NCBI GenBank assembly: GCA_009914755.4
Contig: CP068257.2
Span: 11,744,001-11,808,000 of the forward strand
From: the human T2T-CHM13v2.0 reference genome, Homo sapiens
Direction: 5' to 3'
Length of the DNA: 64,000 nt
Shown: positions 57,721-64,000 of the stretch, piece after piece
Position numbering within the stretch: position 1 is the stretch's first letter
How the letters are laid out: each line of letters opens with the position of its first letter
Notes under the pieces: model-generated
What the model saw: the letters and a program-made list of their open reading frames with translations, nothing else
Database searches by the model: none
Told to the model about the DNA's origin: nothing
Position numbers and translations under genes: made by a program

Positions 57721-58014
57721 GGCCGTGCACAGTGGCTCACACCTGTAATGCGAGCACTTTGAGAGGCTGAGGTGAGTGGATCATTTGAAGTCAGGAGTTC
57801 AGTACCAGCTTGACCAACATGGTAAAACCCCATCTCCACTAAAAATAGAAAAAAAAAATTAGCTGGGTGTGGTGCCACGTGCCTGTAATCCCAGCTACTC
57901 AGGAGGCTGAAGCAGGGGATTTGCTTGAACTCAGGAAGCAGAGGTTGCAGTGAGCCGAGACCTCACCACTGCACTCTGCCTAGACAACAGAATGAGACTC
58001 CATCTCAAAAAAAA
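57721..58014 (+). mobile_element. Alu, full length, probable TSD 'tt(c/t)atagttta'
   Basis: 'ggccgtgcacagtggctcacacctgtaatgcgagcactttgagaggctgaggtgagtggatcatttgaagtcaggagttcagtaccagcttgaccaacatggtaaaaccccatctccactaaaaatagaaaaaaaaaattagctgggtgtggtgccacgtgcctgtaatcccagctactcaggagg...aatgagactccatctcaaaaaaaaaa'. Confidence 0.9.
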
Positions 58015-58357
58015 AATTTTTTTTATAGTTTAAACCTCATTTTGCTTTAGAAGAAATTATGACTAGTGTTATCTATAAATATTTAGGTTTAAAAACAATG
58101 AAATAAAAATGATAACAATACAATGCTTACAATATTTCACAAAATCGGCTTGAAAATCCCTTCTGGTATTGAAAAAATTGTGTCCTCTGTCCTTCAGTTC
58201 TGAAGGCAAAGAGATCTGCTTTATACTCTGTGATGCAGGCCACTTTGGCCTTAAACTTGGCCAGTTCTTTAAACTATAATAATAACAGCAAATATTATGT
58301 TAAAGGCAGACATTTAAAAGCACCATTTCTGCTAGATGAATTAAAAAATCTAACACA

Positions 58358-58692
<335 letters not shown>

Positions 58693-60774
58693 CTAACACC
58701 ATTTTTTAAAGTTACTACTCTTTCTAAATAGATTTTTGCCTGATTTTAAGCAAAAGACACCACAAGATTTATAAGAAAAAAATGCAGAAATCCCTTGTAA
58801 TCTATTACAGGTCAGATTCTCCAAGAAAGAGACTGAGATTTCACAAAGGCTTGCTGGGGAGCACTGTCAATAACAGCACCCAGGAGGTGGGAGGCAGGCC
58901 TGGCTGAACAGGCAAAGTGCTGAACAGGGATGCAGCTGCACCAAGAGCTCAGAAGCCAGTGTGGCCCTCCCCAGGGAAAAGGTGGACAAGGTGACTCGAA
59001 CACTCGCAGCAGCTGGGGAAATTACTGCCATCAGAATTGAAAGAAGGGACTGAAACCCACACTACAGTATTCAGTACATAATCCCCTCCTCCAGAAGTAT
59101 TACCCCATCTACACATAGCCAGAATCACATTTAGGTGATTACTTACTGACTTTCACTAAGAATATTTCTATGAGAGTCAAATTATTTAAAAACATTATAG
59201 AGTACATAGTATTCCATTTTATGGATACACCATAATTCATTTAACATCATTTCAAAGGTCAGTGATTCCAATTTTCCCTCCTAAAAATAACATTACTGTA
59301 ATAACCTGGGAAGCAAATATTTATGTACTTCTTCAATGACTTTCTCAAAAAAGACATGAGAGTCAAGAAAAACCATTAAGAGTCAATACTCCAAATACTC
59401 AAAATCTACTAAAATTTGCTTTCTAATAAGGTTCATAATATCCTAGCAAATGTTACCATGTGACTTTTCCAGAAACCTTGAAAAAGGGTATCTTAGTGTC
59501 ATAAACATACTCCACTGATTGGTGTTAAAATTAAAGAGTATCGTAGCATAATTTTCTGCAAATTACCATTTCTTTTGTCTATTTATCAAATGTGTTAGTG
59601 TACCTCCAACTGACCCATAGAAGTACGTCACTTATTTTAGGCATAGAAAAGCCATTTATGGAATTAAATAATTATATAATAATTACATATATTTTGTTTT
59701 GGTTTTAAAATTTGTCTCAGTATAACTATTTTTGCTCATCTAGAATTTAACTCATCACATGATGAAGACTATACGTTGAAGCTTGTTTTTACCAAAATTT
59801 TTACTTTTTATCAAATAGCCTATTTTCTCAGTATCATTTGTTGAAAACTGTAAGCTTTCCAGTATTTGTTTTTGATTTGTACAATAAACGCCCTCTAATT
59901 TCTTAAATGGAGATCATTTCTGCATAATATTGCTTTAAAATGTTATCCTCAGTAACTAATTTAGCAGCTAGTGAGGTGATCAGAAATCTTTTGAGCCATA
60001 ATAAAGCCATGGTAGAGAACTTCTGAGCTGGAGGTGGGCCAACAACTGCCCCAGCGTGAAGAATGATGAGCCTCGGTAATTTCCTTCCGTTGCACTTACA
60101 TGACATGTGCTGTGGCTACTCTCCTGTAAGGAACTATTATTTACTTACCTTGCGGTAAATGAGGGTACATTCTTGCTTCAGTATCCACACTCTAAAACAA
60201 TCCTGTCAACAAAGGCAATGTTTATGAAAGAGTAAGCAAGATTCATGTACTATCCATAGATTAGATAAAACAAGTCTACCAGCCAAGGAAGAGATAAAGT
60301 CAGCCTGGATCTGCTTAGCACTCTGACAAGCCAGTGAAAAACTCAGCAGTTTCTACAAACTTAATTATACCGTGTAATATACAACTAGGAATAGGAGGAG
60401 AAATGGTCTTACTAATAATGCTGGTGAGGAAGACATAAAGGCTGAGAATAGTGAAATGACTATGCCAAAGATGAGGGAACTGTTAAGAAACTCTAAGGAA
60501 GTGAATGGATCTTACGTGGCCTTATGGTATTCTTTGCAGAGATCAATATTTTAAAAAAATATTTTATTATCAACAGAACAGCATTTCATCTCTAAATTTT
60601 TATTTAACATTAAAGTCACAAATTTTGCCTGGTTTTATGATCACAAGGCAGAAACAAGTCATTCATAAAATAACAATATATAACCACCAACCACTCTAAA
60701 ATTTCTTTAAGGAGATAATTTTATAAAGTTCTTAAAACATTTTTTTAATGCCCTAATAAGAAAACAAAACAGAT

Positions 60775-60932
60775 GGCCAAGCACGGATGCTCAAGCCTGT
60801 AATCTGAGCACTATGGGAGGCTGAGGCAGGAAAGTCACTTGAACCCGAGGTCAAGGCTGCACTGAGCTATGATCATGCCACTGCCCTCCATCCTAAAAGA
60901 GTCAGATCCTGTCTCAAAAAAATGAAAAAAAG
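60775..60932 (+). mobile_element. Alu with a large internal deletion
   Basis: 'ggccaagcacggatgctcaagcctgtaatctgagcactatgggaggctgaggcaggaaagtcacttgaacccgaggtcaaggctgcactgagctatgatcatgccactgccctccatcctaaaagagtcagatcctgtctcaaaaaaatgaaaaaaagc'. Confidence 0.75.
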
Positions 60933-61064
60933 CATCCACAAACTTTGTCACACAGAGTTCTGTGAGGTTAAGCACCACCTAAATACTTTTCAACCACTTA
61001 AGAGGAGGAAAATGCATACTCCTGCTTAAAACATTTACATTTAATATGTCGGAAAACACCTAAG

Positions 61065-61199
61065 GCCATGCATGGTGGCTCATACCTGTAATCCCAACAC
61101 TTTGGGAAGCCAAGACAGGACAATTGCTTGAACCTAGGAGTTTAAGACAAACCTGGGCAACATAAAGAAACCCTGTCTCTACAAAAAAGCTTAAAAATT
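61065..61199 (+). mobile_element. FLAM-like free left Alu monomer
   Basis: 'ggccatgcatggtggctcatacctgtaatcccaacactttgggaagccaagacaggacaattgcttgaacctaggagtttaagacaaacctgggcaacataaagaaaccctgtctctacaaaaaagcttaaaaattagctag'. Confidence 0.75.
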
Positions 61200-61204
61200 A
61201 GCTA

Positions 61205-61785
<581 letters not shown>

Positions 61786-61955
61786 ACCTGATACTTTTTA
61801 TAATAAATACTATTTCCAACTACATACCCATAAAAATATAAATTAATTGTATAACTACCATGATAGTAATATAAAAATACAAAACTACATAATCAGTACT
61901 CAATATTTCACTGTAATTATGCATATGATAGGCTTTTTTTTTTAAGTAAAGAGCT

Positions 61956-62250
61956 GGCCAGGTGTGGTGGCTCTCACCTGTAATCCCAGCAATTTGGGAG
62001 GCCAAGGCAGACAGATCACTTGAGCTCGGGAGTTTAAGACAAGCCTTGCCAACATTGTGAAACCCCATCATCAGCAAAAATACAAAAATTAGCTGAGTGT
62101 GGTGGCACACATTGCAGTCCCAGCTACTGGAAAGGCTGTCAGGAGAATCACTTGAGCCTGGGAGGCAGAGGTTGCAGTGAGCTAAGATCGCACCACTGCA
62201 CTCCACCTTGGGTGACAGAGTGAGATTCCGGAAAAAAAAAAAAGAAAAAG
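61956..62250 (+). mobile_element. Alu, full length
   Basis: 'ggccaggtgtggtggctctcacctgtaatcccagcaatttgggaggccaaggcagacagatcacttgagctcgggagtttaagacaagccttgccaacattgtgaaaccccatcatcagcaaaaatacaaaaattagctgagtgtggtggcacacattgcagtcccagctactgg...ggtgacagagtgagattccggaaaaaaaaaaaagaaaaag'. Confidence 0.88.
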
Positions 62251-63399
62251 AAACATAAACAGCTAACACTAAACAATTTAGAAAGAGGTGGTTAATGCAA
62301 TAGTGAATGTGTAAGCAGAAGAAATATAGATACACAATAGTAAAGATGCCCTAATGACCCCAAATTCTGGGAATCTTCTACATATTGATACAATAAAACT
62401 CCAGCCCCATACTCTAGTATACAAACTCATTCTGAGTAACCACAAATATTATACATAATTTCAAAATTCACACTTACAAAACAAAGGATTGCCTAAAATA
62501 ATGGTAGAAAATTATTTGAGATTCAAAGTAAAAATTAAACATTCTGAAGCATGGTAATAAAATGTCATTTGAAAGCCATAACTGCTATTCAAGAAAAAAA
62601 AACTACTCCTTAAAACTAAAAAGACATAAAATTATATCTTCTACAAAAACAAATCAACCTTATCTACAGCCCAGTTCTACCCAACTATGGAATGTCAGAA
62701 TAGAAGGTCTCACCATGGACTCAAGAGCTGACATGAGGAATGTCACTACCATCCTGCTGAGGACTCCTCATCTTCAACGGCCAGGGTGGACACTGTTACT
62801 GGGGCCATGATCTTTGTGCAAGACAAGTAATAAGAAAATCAGTGGTAGAAATGTGGTGTTCCAAATCCACATTCAGAGCTCTGAGGATCTCCCACTGGCT
62901 GCCTAATTTACTGTTTTCTTACCTAAGAGAAAAAACAAGACTAAAAAACTAAGTATATGATTTGCCTGAAACTCTCATCAGATAGAGAATCTACCCCCTA
63001 ACTTCCTATCTAGTGTTATTTCAATAACATTGGGTTAATATCACACCCAAAATAAATGCAGATGGCACTCAGAATCAGTGAAATTTCTCCCAAGAAGGAG
63101 GAGGAGGAGAGGTGCTTTACAACCCAGTGATGGACTACCACAGACCAATGCAGGACAGAGCCGCCAAGCTCCCTCTCTCCCCTGCACATCCTGACGCAGC
63201 AAAGGGTGGGTGCAGTGGACTGAGGATGGGTGGAGAGAAGTTTCTCTTCTTACTGTGAAAATAGATCACCGGCACCAAGAAACAAGTAAGATGATTTATA
63301 TTACAGCATATTGCTCTATTTGAAAAACTTTTTATAATATTTTGGTAATAACAAAGACCCTCAAATGAATTTCAAACACTTTAAATATTCAACACATAA

Positions 63400-64000
63400 A
63401 CAGAAAATATTAAATGTCAGCAAGGATATCGAAAAACTGGACCCTTTATGCACTACTTTTTGGAATGTAACTGGTGCAGCCCCTGTGGAAAATGGTTTGG
63501 CAGCTCCTTAAAATATTAAGCATAGAATTATCACATAATCCAACAACTCCCTTTCAGGGTATATACCCAAAAGAACTGAGAGCAAGGACTCAAACAGGTA
63601 TTTGTACACTATGTTCATAGCAACATTATTCACAATGGCCAAAAGGTACAACCAACCCTAATGCCCATCAGTAGGTAAATAGATAAGCAAAATGTGATAT
63701 ACACACATACATGAAATATTATTCAGCTGTATAAAGAAAAAACAATTCTGGCCAGGTTCAGTGACTTACCCCTGTAATCTCAGCACTTTGGGAGGCCGAG
63801 GCAGGCAGATCACCTGAGCCCAGGAATTCCAGATCAGCCTGGGCAAAATAGCAAGACCTCATCTCTGTAAGTTTTTTTTAAAAAAATTCTGATACTGCTA
63901 TAGATGAACCTTGATAGCACTACGCAATCTATGCATGTAACAAAATTGCACTTACACTCCACAAATGTATGTAAAGTTGTTTTAAAATGGGGAATTCATC
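63400..64000 (+). mobile_element. Old LINE-1 (L1M-type) ORF2 3' region, interrupted by a FLAM; continues past the window end
   Basis: '...ccaacaactccctttcagggtatatacccaaaagaactgagagcaaggactcaaacaggtatttgtacactatgttcatagcaacattattcacaatggccaaaaggtacaaccaaccctaatgcccatcagtaggtaaatagataagcaaaatgtgatatacacacatacatgaaatattattcagc...' is classic L1 ORF2 C-terminal sequence. Confidence 0.7.
63751..63880 (+). mobile_element. FLAM-like Alu monomer nested in L1M, TSD 'aaaa(ac)aattctg'
   Basis: 'ggccaggttcagtgacttacccctgtaatctcagcactttgggaggccgaggcaggcagatcacctgagcccaggaattccagatcagcctgggcaaaatagcaagacctcatctctgtaag'. Flanks are 'aaaaacaattctg' and 'aaaaaaattctg'. Confidence 0.78.

Noticed and set aside
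58005-58024. A10-T9 palindromic tract 'aaaaaaaaaattttttttt'
   Set aside because: It is simply the Alu poly-A tail (57721-58014) running into a T-run in the target or flank, not a designed element.

Overview
This window is primate, almost certainly human, nuclear DNA. It is AT-rich, gene-poor and dominated by interspersed repeats. I identified about 45 Alu/FLAM elements on both strands, many with readable target-site duplications (TSDs). There is one 3.1-kb 5'-truncated young L1 whose ORF2 is mostly readable, several short L1 3'-end fragments, and several older L1M pieces with Alus nested inside them. There is a full-length Tigger1 DNA-transposon fossil carrying transposase remnants and three nested Alus, a second small Tigger-type non-autonomous element, and microsatellites and small tandem duplications. 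I found no credible cellular protein-coding exon, tRNA, rRNA, CRISPR array or prokaryote-style gene system. Nearly all ORFs in the six-frame track are translations of Alu or L1 sequence. The only real coding remnants are L1 ORF2 (15.2-18.05 kb) and the Tigger1 pogo-like transposase (54.2-56.1 kb, minus strand). The most interesting structure is an intra-window direct segmental duplication of about 2.7 kb, with copy A at about 12.93-18.71 kb and copy B at about 25.46-29.61 kb. The two copies share older Alus but differ by later events. Copy A has a young L1 insertion with a perfect 15-bp TSD, and the matching empty site is intact in copy B. Copy B has an extra ~870-bp LTR-like insert flanked by ~570-bp direct repeats. 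Smaller curiosities are a 21-bp perfect inverted repeat, an LTR-like CpG-retaining segment with a splice-donor-like motif, a G-quadruplex-prone tandem repeat, and an Alu-dense cluster containing rearranged Alus. I found no undescribed biological system. Coordinates come from reading by eye and carry roughly ±5-10 bp uncertainty. Older MIR, L2 and MER repeats are probably present but I could not recognise them by eye.
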